This document shows, in pieces, positions 47,145 through 56,185 of a stretch of DNA of 64,000 nucleotides. A program made the translations under genes and the position numbers. Numbering within the stretch: position 1 is the first letter of the stretch; every line of letters starts with the position of its first letter. The DNA is from an uncultured Pseudomonadota bacterium. Its GTDB lineage: Bacteria; Oederibacteriota; Muellerivitia; Muellerivitales; Muellerivitaceae. The stretch spans positions 128,001 through 192,000 of the forward strand of contig CAVYRH010000004.1 of NCBI GenBank assembly GCA_963770835.1. Direction: 5' to 3'. A model generated the notes under the pieces. That model saw only the letters and a list, made by a program, of their open reading frames with translations, was not told where the DNA came from and did not search any database.

Positions 47145-47644
47145 CAGGCGAAGGTTTTCCGGCCATCACCACCCGCAGGGACGCGGTCGTCGCCTGGGGA
47201 CAGAAAAATTCCCTGTGGCCCATGCCCTTCGGCACGGCCTGCTGCGCCATCGAGTTCATGGGCGTGGCCGCCTCCGTTTTTGACATCTCCCGCTTCGGCG
47301 CCGAACTGGTCCGCTTTTCCCCGCGCCAAGCCGACCTTCTTTTGGTGGCGGGCACCGTCACCTTCAAGCAGGCTCCCATCCTGAAACAAATTTATGAGCA
47401 GATGTGTGAGCCCAAGTGGGTCATCTCCATGGGCGTCTGCGCTTCCGCCGGCGGGTTCTACAATAACTACTGCACGGTGCAGGGCATCGACCAGGTGATC
47501 CCCGTGGATGTTTATATCTCCGGCTGCCCCCCCCGTCCCGAGGCCATCCTGCAAGGGGTCCTGAAACTCCAGCATAAGATCGCGAACCCCAAGGCGGTTC
47601 CTCCGGCGCAGTTCAAGGTGAAAGAGCCTCATTTCGACTACTAA
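47141..47644 (+). CDS. nuoB: NADH-quinone oxidoreductase subunit B
   Basis: 'GTACCAIE', 'SPRQAD', 'GCPPRPE'; ATGA-coupled to nuoA. Confidence 0.96.
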   Translation: MTGEGFPAITTRRDAVVAWGQKNSLWPMPFGTACCAIEFMGVAASVFDISRFGAELVRFSPRQADLLLVAGTVTFKQAPILKQIYEQMCEPKWVISMGVCASAGGFYNNYCTVQGIDQVIPVDVYISGCPPRPEAILQGVLKLQHKIANPKAVPPAQFKVKEPHFDY

Positions 47645-47648
47645 AGCC

Positions 47649-47678
47649 AGCTCACAGTCGACGGTTCACAGTTCACAG
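47649..47678. repeat. Heptamer tandem repeat between nuoB and nuoC
   Basis: agctcac-agtcgac-ggttcac-agttcac-ag. Confidence 0.6.
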
Positions 47679-47691
47679 GTAAGGCGAAAAG

Positions 47692-48231
47692 ATGAACAAC
47701 GAAAACCTATTAGCGAAATTAACCCAAAAGCATCCCGAAGCCTTGTTGGGTTCGGTGGACCGTTTTGGCGCGCTTGAAATTCAAGTCGCGGGCGAATCCA
47801 TCGCCGAAGTTGTCGTGACCCTGCGGGACGATCCGGACTTCTCCTTTAACATGCTCGTCGACCTGGTTTCCATCGATTATTCCGCCTACCAAGGTTGGAC
47901 GGGCGAGAGGTTCGGCCTGGCCTACCTCTTCAAGTCCCTGACCCTGGGCCACCGCCTGCAGTTGAAAGTGTCTGTGCCCGAGGATGAACCGATCGCACCG
48001 ACGATTTCCACGCTTTACGCCAATGCCAATTGGCTGGAAAGGGAGGCTTACGACCAAATGGGAATCCGCTTCGCCCACCATCCCAACCTGAAACGGATCC
48101 TGAACCACCACGAGTTCGTGGGGCATCCCTTGCGGAAGGATTATCCCATCACCAAACGCCAATGGCTTTCGGCCAACGAGTCCCTGATGGATGAGATGGA
48201 AGTACGGTTGAAGGCGAAGGGCTACGAATGA
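47692..48231 (+). CDS. nuoC: NADH-quinone oxidoreductase subunit C
   Basis: 'ANWLEREAYDQMGIRF', 'GHPLRKDYP'. Confidence 0.95.
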   Translation: MNNENLLAKLTQKHPEALLGSVDRFGALEIQVAGESIAEVVVTLRDDPDFSFNMLVDLVSIDYSAYQGWTGERFGLAYLFKSLTLGHRLQLKVSVPEDEPIAPTISTLYANANWLEREAYDQMGIRFAHHPNLKRILNHHEFVGHPLRKDYPITKRQWLSANESLMDEMEVRLKAKGYE

Positions 48232-49482
48232 ACAACATTGATCCCCAAACCCTGCTTCCCAAAACCAACGACGAAAACTCCGCGTCCGGCTTAGATTCGG
48301 CAAGACACAAAGACAGGAAAGACCTGGTTTTCGTCAACCTGGGCCCCAGCCACCCCGCCACCCACGGCTGCCTGCGGGCCCTTTGCGCCCTGGACGGGGA
48401 AACCATCGTGGCCGCCGTGACCGAAATGGGTTACCTGCACCGGGGTTTCGAGAAAGACTGCGAAGTCCACACCTTCCAACAAGTCATTCCCTACACCGAC
48501 CGGCTCAATTATGTTTCTGCCATCATGAATAACGTGGGTTACTGCAAGGCCGTGGAACGGATGCTGGGCATCCAAATCCCCGACCGGGCGGCCTATATCC
48601 GCGTCATTACTTGCGAGTTCAACCGCATCATCGACCACTTGGTCTGCGTGGGCGCCAACCTGGTGGACATCGGGGCCCTGACCAATTTCTGGTACTCCTT
48701 CAACGCCCGCGAGAAGGTCTACGACATCCTGGAAAAGCTCTGCGGGGCCCGGCTGACCTCCAGCTACACCCGTATTGGGGGTCTTTCCCGGGACGTTTAT
48801 CCCGCTTTCGGCGACGAAGTGAGGGCGGTGCTGAAGGATATTAAAAAGAGCGTCTCCGAAATCACCAAACTAATTTCCAAAAACCGCATTTTCCTGGACC
48901 GTACCCAGGGCGTCTGCGTCGTCTCCAAGGAAAAGGCCATTTCCTACGGCTGGACCGGGCCGACGCTCAGGGCCTGTGGGGTGGAATACGACCTGCGCAA
49001 GGCGGACCCCTATTACCACTACGAGGATTTCAAGTTCGAAGTGCCGGTGGGCACCAAGGGCGATATCTACGACCGCATCTTCGTGCGGCTCTACGAGATC
49101 GAGGAATCCATCGAGCATCATCGAACAAGCCCTGAGGAAACTCCCCAAGGGACCCATCCTGACCGACGACAAGCGGGTGGCCCTTCCTCCCAAACAGCAG
49201 ACCTACGGCAATATCGAGGGGCTGATGAACCACTTCAAGATCATCATGCACGGCATCTGCCCGGAACCGGGCGAGGTTTATGACTTCACCGAGGCTGCCA
49301 ACGGCGAACTGGGGTTTTATATCGTTGCCGACGGGGGCAAGAATCCCTACCGCATCAAGTGCCGCCCACCCTGCTTCATGAACTTCGCGGCCTTCCACGA
49401 GATGATCGAGGGCGGCATGATCGCGGACGCCATCGCGAATTTGGGATCGATCAACATCATTGCCGGAGAGCTGGACCGGTAA
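48228..49482 (+). CDS. nuoD: NADH-quinone oxidoreductase subunit D, split by one frameshift near 49113
   Basis: 5' part 'GPSHPATHG', 'GYLHRG'; 3' part in another frame 'EAANGELG', 'GELDR'; one extra base at ...TCC ATC (G) AGC ATC ATC GAA... Confidence 0.9.
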
Positions 49483-49507
49483 ACGGAATAAAAAACCCGA
49501 GGGTGTA

Positions 49508-49987
49508 ATGGCCGTTCAGTTTAAAAAAGAAACGAAGAACGAGTTCGAGACGATTGCCGCCCGATACCCGGTGCGGCGCGCGGCGCTGTTGCCCGCCCTG
49601 TGGCTAGCCCAGCGGGAATTCGGCTTCATCTCCGTGGACGCCATGAAGGCGGTAGCCGAGATGGTGGGTTGTTCCCCGGCCCAAGTGCTGGAGACCGCCA
49701 GCTTTTACACCATGTACCACAAGGAAAAGCCGGGCAAGTACCACCTGCAAGTCTGCCAGACCATCTCTTGCCTCTTAAACGGGTCGGAAGAGATCAAGAA
49801 GACCATTGAAGCGAAGCTCAACCTGAAGCCGGGACAAGTAACACCCGACGGGCAGTTCAGCTACCAGCCTGTGGAATGCCTGGCGGCGTGCCATAACGGG
49901 CCCTGCATGCGGGTGAATGATGACTACCACGAAAACCTGACGCCCGAAGGCGTTGGGAAACTGATTGATGAACTGAAGAGAAAATGA
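49508..49987 (+). CDS. nuoE: NADH-quinone oxidoreductase subunit E
   Basis: 'ASFYTMY', 'VCQTISC', 'VECLAAC'. Confidence 0.95.
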   Translation: MAVQFKKETKNEFETIAARYPVRRAALLPALWLAQREFGFISVDAMKAVAEMVGCSPAQVLETASFYTMYHKEKPGKYHLQVCQTISCLLNGSEEIKKTIEAKLNLKPGQVTPDGQFSYQPVECLAACHNGPCMRVNDDYHENLTPEGVGKLIDELKRK

Positions 49988-50451
49988 ACATTATGAAAGG
50001 CCTTCTTGGAAGAAAGGGACTTGTTTTTGCGGCGATCCTTTTTGCTGTGCATTGCACGCCAGCTCGGGCGGAGGAATTATCAAGTGGGAACGAGGTCGTT
50101 AATTACGGGGTTGGAGTGACGTTCACCGGAAAGATCGCAACCCGGTTGGAATATGGAGCACCGGGTTTTGGGGAGGACCCAAAGACAGACGCAAAGGAAA
50201 ACATCTTCTTGTTGGTGTTGGATAAACCCATTGATGTTCATGTGGATCAGAGCCGTCCGGGCGATGTTACCGATACGAATGATTTCGATGGAGTGAAAGA
50301 AATGCAGGTGGTTTTTACCGGCAAAAGAATGTTTTCGAAAAAAATAATAGGGAAGAAGGTCAAAGTGACCGGAACATTATTCCAAGCTCATACCGGCCAT
50401 CATCATACGGACGTTTTAATCGAAGTAGATACTGTAGAAAGATTGAAGTGA
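49984..50451 (+). CDS. Exported DUF4431-like protein inserted in the nuo operon
   Basis: Signal peptide; 'GAPGFGEDPKTD'; 'GKKVKVTGTLFQAHTGHHHTDVLI'. Confidence 0.75.
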   Translation: MNIMKGLLGRKGLVFAAILFAVHCTPARAEELSSGNEVVNYGVGVTFTGKIATRLEYGAPGFGEDPKTDAKENIFLLVLDKPIDVHVDQSRPGDVTDTNDFDGVKEMQVVFTGKRMFSKKIIGKKVKVTGTLFQAHTGHHHTDVLIEVDTVERLK

Positions 50452-50466
50452 ACCCGGAGCGAATCA

Positions 50467-51747
50467 TTGCCTGACTTTCAACCTCAATTAACCAAACGTT
50501 TCGGACTCAAGGACAGCCATATGCTCAAGGTATTCCTTGAGACGGGTGGCTATGCGTCCTTGAAGAACCTTTTCGCCAAGAAGCCAGCCGAAGTCATCGA
50601 GGAAGTGAAGGCCTCCGGCCTCAAGGGCCGCGGTGGGGCCGGGTTCCCGTGTGGTATGAAATGGTCCTTTGTGCCCCAGAACACGGGCAAACCAATCTAC
50701 CTGGCGGTCAATGCCGACGAGGGCGAACCGGGGACCTTCACCGACAATTACATGCTCTTAAACGACCCTCATCTTTTATTAGAAGGCATCCTATGCGCTT
50801 GTTATGCCATCAACAGCCATACGGCTTATATTTATGTCCGGGGTGAGTTTTATGCGCATATCCAGCGGCTGAACGCTGCCATTGATGAAGCCCGGAAAGC
50901 TGGATATTTAGGGAAAAACATCCAGGGTTCGGGTTTCGATCTGGAAGTTTACGTGCACCGGGGTGCGGGGGCCTATATCTGCGGCGAGGAAACCGGGCTT
51001 TTAGAATCGCTTGAGGGAAAACCCGGAAAACCGCGCATTAAGCCGCCTTTTCCGGCGGTGGTCGGACTCTTCGGTTGCCCCACCATCGTCAACAACGTGA
51101 AAACCCTGGCTTCCGTCCCTTGGATCATCGCCAACGGTGCGCCGGCCTATGCCGTCATCGGTACCAAGGAATCCACCGGCACCCACGTCTTCGGACTCTC
51201 GGGCCACGTGAACCAGACCGGCTATTGGGAAATGCCCTTCGGCCTTCCCATGATGGAATTCATCAACAACTACGGCAAGGGAGTGAAGGGCGGGGCGCTC
51301 AAGGCTGTCATTCCCGGCGGTTCTTCCTGCCCTGTACTAACTGCCAAGGAATGCGAAGACTTGACCCTTACATATGAAAGTATGCGGGACCACAAAACCA
51401 TGTTCGGAACAGGTTGCGCCATCGTGATGAACGAGCACACCGATATGGTGAAGGTTTTGAAAAATCTGACCCATTTTTATTCCCACGAGTCCTGCGGCCA
51501 GTGCACGCCCTGCCGGGAAGGGACAGCCTGGGAAGACCGGCTGATGAAGAAGTTTTTGAACGGGGAAGCCACGACCCAGGAATTGGGAATGATGCTGGAG
51601 ATCGCCGACAACATGGAGGGCAAGACCATCTGCGTTCTTTCGGCGGCCCTGGCCATGCCGGTCCGAAGTTTCATCCAGAAATTCCGGCCGGATTTTGAGA
51701 AATATTGCAAGCCGACCTCAGTGGCCGTGCCGGAGGCGGTTTCCTAA
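50467..51747 (+). CDS. nuoF: NADH-quinone oxidoreductase subunit F
   Basis: 'GRGGAGFP', 'NADEGEPGT', 'GAGAYICGEET', 'ESCGQCTPCREG'. Confidence 0.97.
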   Translation: MPDFQPQLTKRFGLKDSHMLKVFLETGGYASLKNLFAKKPAEVIEEVKASGLKGRGGAGFPCGMKWSFVPQNTGKPIYLAVNADEGEPGTFTDNYMLLNDPHLLLEGILCACYAINSHTAYIYVRGEFYAHIQRLNAAIDEARKAGYLGKNIQGSGFDLEVYVHRGAGAYICGEETGLLESLEGKPGKPRIKPPFPAVVGLFGCPTIVNNVKTLASVPWIIANGAPAYAVIGTKESTGTHVFGLSGHVNQTGYWEMPFGLPMMEFINNYGKGVKGGALKAVIPGGSSCPVLTAKECEDLTLTYESMRDHKTMFGTGCAIVMNEHTDMVKVLKNLTHFYSHESCGQCTPCREGTAWEDRLMKKFLNGEATTQELGMMLEIADNMEGKTICVLSAALAMPVRSFIQKFRPDFEKYCKPTSVAVPEAVS

Positions 51748-53372
51748 TGGCGAAAATCACCATCGACGGAAAACCCATGGAAGTGCCCGACGGCACCAAC
51801 GTGCTGGAGGCGGCAGTTTCCAACGGCGTGCCACTGGAGCACTTTTGCTACCACCGCTATCTGCCCGTTGCCGGCAACTGCCGCACTTGCATGGTGGAGA
51901 TCGAGGGGCCCAAGGGGCGCATGCTTACTATCGGCTGCAACACCAAGGTGGCCGAGGGCATGGTGATCCACACCGACACCCCCAAGGCCAAACAAGCCCA
52001 AAAGAGCGCTCTGGAGATGCTCCTCCTGGACCACCCACTGGACTGCCCCGTCTGCGACAAGGCGGGGGAATGCAAACTGCAGAACCAATATATGGAATAC
52101 GGACTTTACGATTTCCGCCGGGGGGTGCCCCGCTACTTCAAGGGCGGAAAGGACGAGGATATCGGCGAGCACGTCATCCTGGACCAGGAACGCTGCGTGC
52201 TATGCACCCGGTGCATCCGCTTCGTCGACGAGATCCCCAAGACGTCCGAGCTGGGAATCATGAACCGCGGCCATGAATCCGTCCTCAGCATTTTCCCGGG
52301 AGTACGGTTGGATAACCCCTATTCCGGAAACGTCACGGACGTCTGCCCGGTTGGTGCGCTCACCTTGAAGGAATTCCGCTTCAAGCAAAGGGTGTGGTTC
52401 CTCAAGAAAGCCGAATCCGTCTGCCCGGGCTGCGCTAGGGGCTGCAACATCACGGTGGAACATAACCATGGGCGGATTTACCGCTTCATGCCCCGTGAAA
52501 ACGCAGAACTGAACAAGACCTGGATCTGCGACGAAGGGCGTTTTTCCTTTAATCACTGGCAGGACAACCGGGTGGAAGAAGTGCGGTTGGGGCACGGAAG
52601 TTCAAACCTGGATGACGGCATCGCCCAATTGGCCAACCTCTTGGAAGGCCTCTCACCGGAGGAAGTCGCGGGCATCGCCTCCCCCGCCGCCGCCCTGGAA
52701 GACCTTTATGTTATGAAGAAACTGTTCGAGAAGCGTTTCCGGCTGAAGAACCTCGCCGCGCCCTTTTGGGGCAAGAAAGGCGACGAGGATAAAATCCTCA
52801 AGCTCGCGGACAAGATCCCCAACACCCAGGGTCTAAATCTTTTGGGCATCGACACCGAGGGAAAGGACCTTTTAGCCCGCATTGAAAAAGGAAACTTTAA
52901 GGCCGTCCTCATCATGCACAACAACCCCTTCGGACAGGACGAGGAAAAGGCCCAAAAGGTCTATGGAAACGTGAAAGTATTGGTTGTGCTTTCGGTCCAT
53001 AAAACCAAAATGGCCGAGCGGGGCTCTATGGTTTTCCCCGTGAGGCCTTTCACCGAGAAGAATGGAACCTTCGTGAACGCCACCAGCCGTCTCCAGCGGT
53101 TCCGGCAGGCTATTGAACCCGGAAACCCCGACGTGGTGGAGGCTTCGTTATGGATGTGCCGATTGGCCAAGGCCCTGAAGGTGGAAGGCCTAGATTTTGA
53201 GGACACTCCCTCGATCTTCAACGCCATGGCCAAGGAAGTGGAGGCTCTCAAAGGGCTGACGTTTAATTCCATTCCCGCCACCGGCAAGGTTTTGGATTTG
53301 AAACCCCTGGCCCCGGAACCTTTCCAGGGCGTGAAGGCCCAGCCCAACGTGTGTGGAAAGGCCAAGGCATGA
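51747..53372 (+). CDS. nuoG: NADH-quinone oxidoreductase subunit G (short form)
   Basis: 'FCYH...GNCRTC', 'HPLDCPVCDKAGEC', 'CVLCTRC', 'CPVGAL', 'CPGCARGC'. Confidence 0.92.
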   Translation: MAKITIDGKPMEVPDGTNVLEAAVSNGVPLEHFCYHRYLPVAGNCRTCMVEIEGPKGRMLTIGCNTKVAEGMVIHTDTPKAKQAQKSALEMLLLDHPLDCPVCDKAGECKLQNQYMEYGLYDFRRGVPRYFKGGKDEDIGEHVILDQERCVLCTRCIRFVDEIPKTSELGIMNRGHESVLSIFPGVRLDNPYSGNVTDVCPVGALTLKEFRFKQRVWFLKKAESVCPGCARGCNITVEHNHGRIYRFMPRENAELNKTWICDEGRFSFNHWQDNRVEEVRLGHGSSNLDDGIAQLANLLEGLSPEEVAGIASPAAALEDLYVMKKLFEKRFRLKNLAAPFWGKKGDEDKILKLADKIPNTQGLNLLGIDTEGKDLLARIEKGNFKAVLIMHNNPFGQDEEKAQKVYGNVKVLVVLSVHKTKMAERGSMVFPVRPFTEKNGTFVNATSRLQRFRQAIEPGNPDVVEASLWMCRLAKALKVEGLDFEDTPSIFNAMAKEVEALKGLTFNSIPATGKVLDLKPLAPEPFQGVKAQPNVCGKAKA

Positions 53373-54682
53373 TGGACTCGAACCAAGTTTTCACCCTTAT
53401 CAACATCGCGGTGATGACGGTGGTGATGTGGCTTATTCCCCTCCAATTCATCCCGGTTTTCATCTGGCTGGAGCGCAAGGGAAGCGCTATCATCCAGGAC
53501 CGCATCGGTCCCAACCGCACGGGAATCCTGGGGTTCCGACTTTTCGGCATGGTCCAGAATTTCGCGGACGTCGTGAAACTTTTGATGAAAGAAAACATCG
53601 TACCCACCAAGGCCAACCGCTTTTATTTCATGCTGGCGCCCTTTTGGGCCATGACCATCAGCCTCCTGCCCCTTTTGGTGGTTCCCCTCGCCGCCCCCCT
53701 CAACTTGATGGGACATACCATCCGTTTCCAGGCCGCCGACCTTGGCGTGGGGCTTCTCTTCATCCTTTCCATCACCAGCATGGGAGTCTTCGCCATCATC
53801 CTGGCCGGGTGGTCCTCCAACAACAAATTTTCCCTTATGGGGGGGCTGCGTTCCTCGGGCCAAATGATTTCCTACGAGCTTTCCATGGGCCTGGCAATGG
53901 TGGGGCTCTTGATGGTCTACCAGGATGTCCGGATGAGCTCCATCGTGGAAGCTCAAGGAAGGCTTTTGACCGCATGGGGCCACACTCTGCCGCTGCCCAA
54001 TTGGGGTATATTCCTCCAGCCTGTCGGGTTTCTCCTTTTTTTGGTGGCTTCTTTCGCTGAAACCAACCGAAATCCCTTCGATTTGGCGGAAGGGGAGTCG
54101 GAACTGGTGGCGGGCTTCCACGTGGAATACTCCAGCGTCAAGTTCTCACTCTTCTTCATGGCCGAGTATTCCAACATGGTGGTGGCGGCCTTCGTGATCT
54201 CGACCCTATTCCTGGGTGGCTACCAGGTGCCCTTCGCCTCCACTGATACCCTGTTGCAAAACCCGAAACTAACCCTGGCCCTTTTATGCGGATTAGTGAT
54301 CCTACTCATGGGGCTTACCGGCCTATTCCTCTATAAGAGGGGGAACCAGCAAAAACACCTTTTCGCCAACGGGGTGAAAAGGGCTGAGCCCTTTCTTTTC
54401 GCGGGGCTTTGCTTTGCGGTTGCGACGGCGGCCCTGGCATTCCTGGCTGTGGGTTTGACAACGGAACTTGCCCCATGGATCTACGGGATCGCCACCACCC
54501 TGTTGCAATTGTTTTGCCTGGTCCTGAAGGTGCTGTTTTTCTGCTGGCTCTTCGTATGGGTACGCTGGACCCTGCCGCGGTTCCGTTACGACCAGCTGAT
54601 GAAGATGGGATGGAAGCTCATGCTGCCGCTGGCCTTGTTGAACTTGCTGGTGACCGGCGTGATTATTTTGACACAAAAGTGA
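53369..54682 (+). CDS. nuoH: NADH-quinone oxidoreductase subunit H (with insertion)
   Basis: 'ERK...QDRIGPNR', 'AETNRNPFDLAEGESEL', 'PRFRYDQLM'. Confidence 0.95.
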   Translation: MMDSNQVFTLINIAVMTVVMWLIPLQFIPVFIWLERKGSAIIQDRIGPNRTGILGFRLFGMVQNFADVVKLLMKENIVPTKANRFYFMLAPFWAMTISLLPLLVVPLAAPLNLMGHTIRFQAADLGVGLLFILSITSMGVFAIILAGWSSNNKFSLMGGLRSSGQMISYELSMGLAMVGLLMVYQDVRMSSIVEAQGRLLTAWGHTLPLPNWGIFLQPVGFLLFLVASFAETNRNPFDLAEGESELVAGFHVEYSSVKFSLFFMAEYSNMVVAAFVISTLFLGGYQVPFASTDTLLQNPKLTLALLCGLVILLMGLTGLFLYKRGNQQKHLFANGVKRAEPFLFAGLCFAVATAALAFLAVGLTTELAPWIYGIATTLLQLFCLVLKVLFFCWLFVWVRWTLPRFRYDQLMKMGWKLMLPLALLNLLVTGVIILTQK

Positions 54683-54718
54683 TGAATAGCCGAGGGAACA
54701 GAGGAGTTTGAGGTTTTT

Positions 54719-55264
54719 ATGAGAATTGTGCAACGGCCCGAAATGAAGGGCTCTGAAAAAATATACGTGGTGGAAGTGGTCAAGGGCCTTTGGCTGACGA
54801 TCGGCCACGTCGTTACCAACCTATTCCATCCGGAAAACTTGCCCACGGTCTTCTTCCCCGAGGAAAAGAAGGCGCTTCCACCCGCCACCCGCGGGAGACA
54901 CCGCCTCATGAAACGGGAAGATGATTCGCCGCGTTGCACGGCCTGCATGCTGTGCGCCACGGCCTGCCCGGCCGAGTGCATCCACATCCTAGCCGCCGAG
55001 TCGCCCGATCCGAACATCGAGAAGCTCCCTGAGAAATTTGATATCGATATGCTGCGCTGTGTGTATTGCGGCTTTTGCGTGGACGCCTGTCCCCTGGACG
55101 CCATCCGGATGGACATTCCGGAGGTTACTGTCGCCGGTTACACGCGCGACAGCCTGGTGTACCACAAGAAATTCTTGATGGATCACGACAACAAAGACGT
55201 AGTGCCGGATTATAATCCGCCCCGGCCAGTCCTTTGGACACATGGGCCCCATGCAAAGCCTTAA
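54719..55264 (+). CDS. nuoI: NADH-quinone oxidoreductase subunit I
   Basis: Two CxxCxxCxxxCP motifs. Confidence 0.95.
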   Translation: MRIVQRPEMKGSEKIYVVEVVKGLWLTIGHVVTNLFHPENLPTVFFPEEKKALPPATRGRHRLMKREDDSPRCTACMLCATACPAECIHILAAESPDPNIEKLPEKFDIDMLRCVYCGFCVDACPLDAIRMDIPEVTVAGYTRDSLVYHKKFLMDHDNKDVVPDYNPPRPVLWTHGPHAKP

Positions 55265-55269
55265 GAAGC

Positions 55270-55346
55270 AGTCAACAGTTGGCGGTCGGCAGCCGGAAAT
55301 AAGTAAAAGACGCTGGTTTTTAGTTGTCGACCGTCGACTGTCAGCT
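55270..55346. repeat. Heptamer-periodic inverted repeat between nuoI and nuoJ
   Basis: agtcaac-agttggc-ggtcggc-agccgga ... ttgtcga-ccgtcga-ctgtcag; shares tgtcgaccgtcgactgtc with the element at 31.5 kb. Confidence 0.7.
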
Positions 55347-55362
55347 TGGAGAAAGGGAAGTC

Positions 55363-55866
55363 ATGATTGAAGCGGTTTTGTTCTATATTCTGGCCGCGGT
55401 TCTCTTGGGCATGGGTTTGCTGGTGATCACCAGGACTAATCCCATCGCCTCGGCCTTGGGGCTGGTGGCTGCCTTCGCGGCTTTGGCGGCCCTTTACGCC
55501 CTTTTGTCCGCTTCGCTGGTGGCCATCATCCAAATCCTGGTTTACGCGGGCGGCATCATGGTGCTCATGATCTTCGTGATCATGCTTTTGAACCTTCATC
55601 CGGACGACCTCAAGCCCATGCGGGCCAAGGGAATCGTCGTGGCATTGGCCCTGGTTATGGTTTTGGGGTTGGTCTTAGGCCCGGTTTTCCTGGTGGTTTT
55701 CCCCGCCGGGACTTGGACCCTAGCGCCCGTGGCGGCGGGCTTTGGGGACATTTTCTCAGTCGGTGAAAAAATATTCTCGGATTATTTGTTTCCCTTTGAG
55801 ATGCTCTCGCTGGTGCTTTTGACGGCCATCGTGGGAGCTTTGGTCCTCACGAAAAGGAAACTTTAA
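55363..55866 (+). CDS. nuoJ: NADH-quinone oxidoreductase subunit J
   Basis: 'QILVYAGGIMVL', 'PFEMLS'. Confidence 0.94.
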   Translation: MIEAVLFYILAAVLLGMGLLVITRTNPIASALGLVAAFAALAALYALLSASLVAIIQILVYAGGIMVLMIFVIMLLNLHPDDLKPMRAKGIVVALALVMVLGLVLGPVFLVVFPAGTWTLAPVAAGFGDIFSVGEKIFSDYLFPFEMLSLVLLTAIVGALVLTKRKL

Positions 55867-56184
55867 ATGGAGCTTTTATATCCCATCACGCCCACGCATT
55901 ACCTGGTCCTGTCGGGCTTGTTATTCGGCATTGGAACGGCGGGGGTGCTGTCGCGCAGGAACCTGTTCGTCGTCTTGATGTCCCTGGAATTGATGCTGAA
56001 CGGGGTGAACCTTTCCTTCATCACCTTTTCCAGGGTGAACGGCGATTTGACGGGCCATGTGATCGTCTTGTTCGTGGTGGCCATTGCGGCGGCGGAAGCC
56101 TGCGTGGGATTGGCCATCGTGATCGCCCTTTACCGCCTGAAGGAAACGGTGGATTTGGATTTATTTAAGAGCTTGAAAGGCTGA
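55867..56184 (+). CDS. nuoK: NADH-quinone oxidoreductase subunit K
   Basis: 'MSLELMLN', 'AAAEACVGLA'. Confidence 0.96.
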   Translation: MELLYPITPTHYLVLSGLLFGIGTAGVLSRRNLFVVLMSLELMLNGVNLSFITFSRVNGDLTGHVIVLFVVAIAAAEACVGLAIVIALYRLKETVDLDLFKSLKG

Positions 56185-56185
56185 A

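Noticed and set aside
49100..49130. Programmed ribosomal frameshift in nuoD
   Set aside because: No X XXY YYZ slippery site or obvious stimulatory structure
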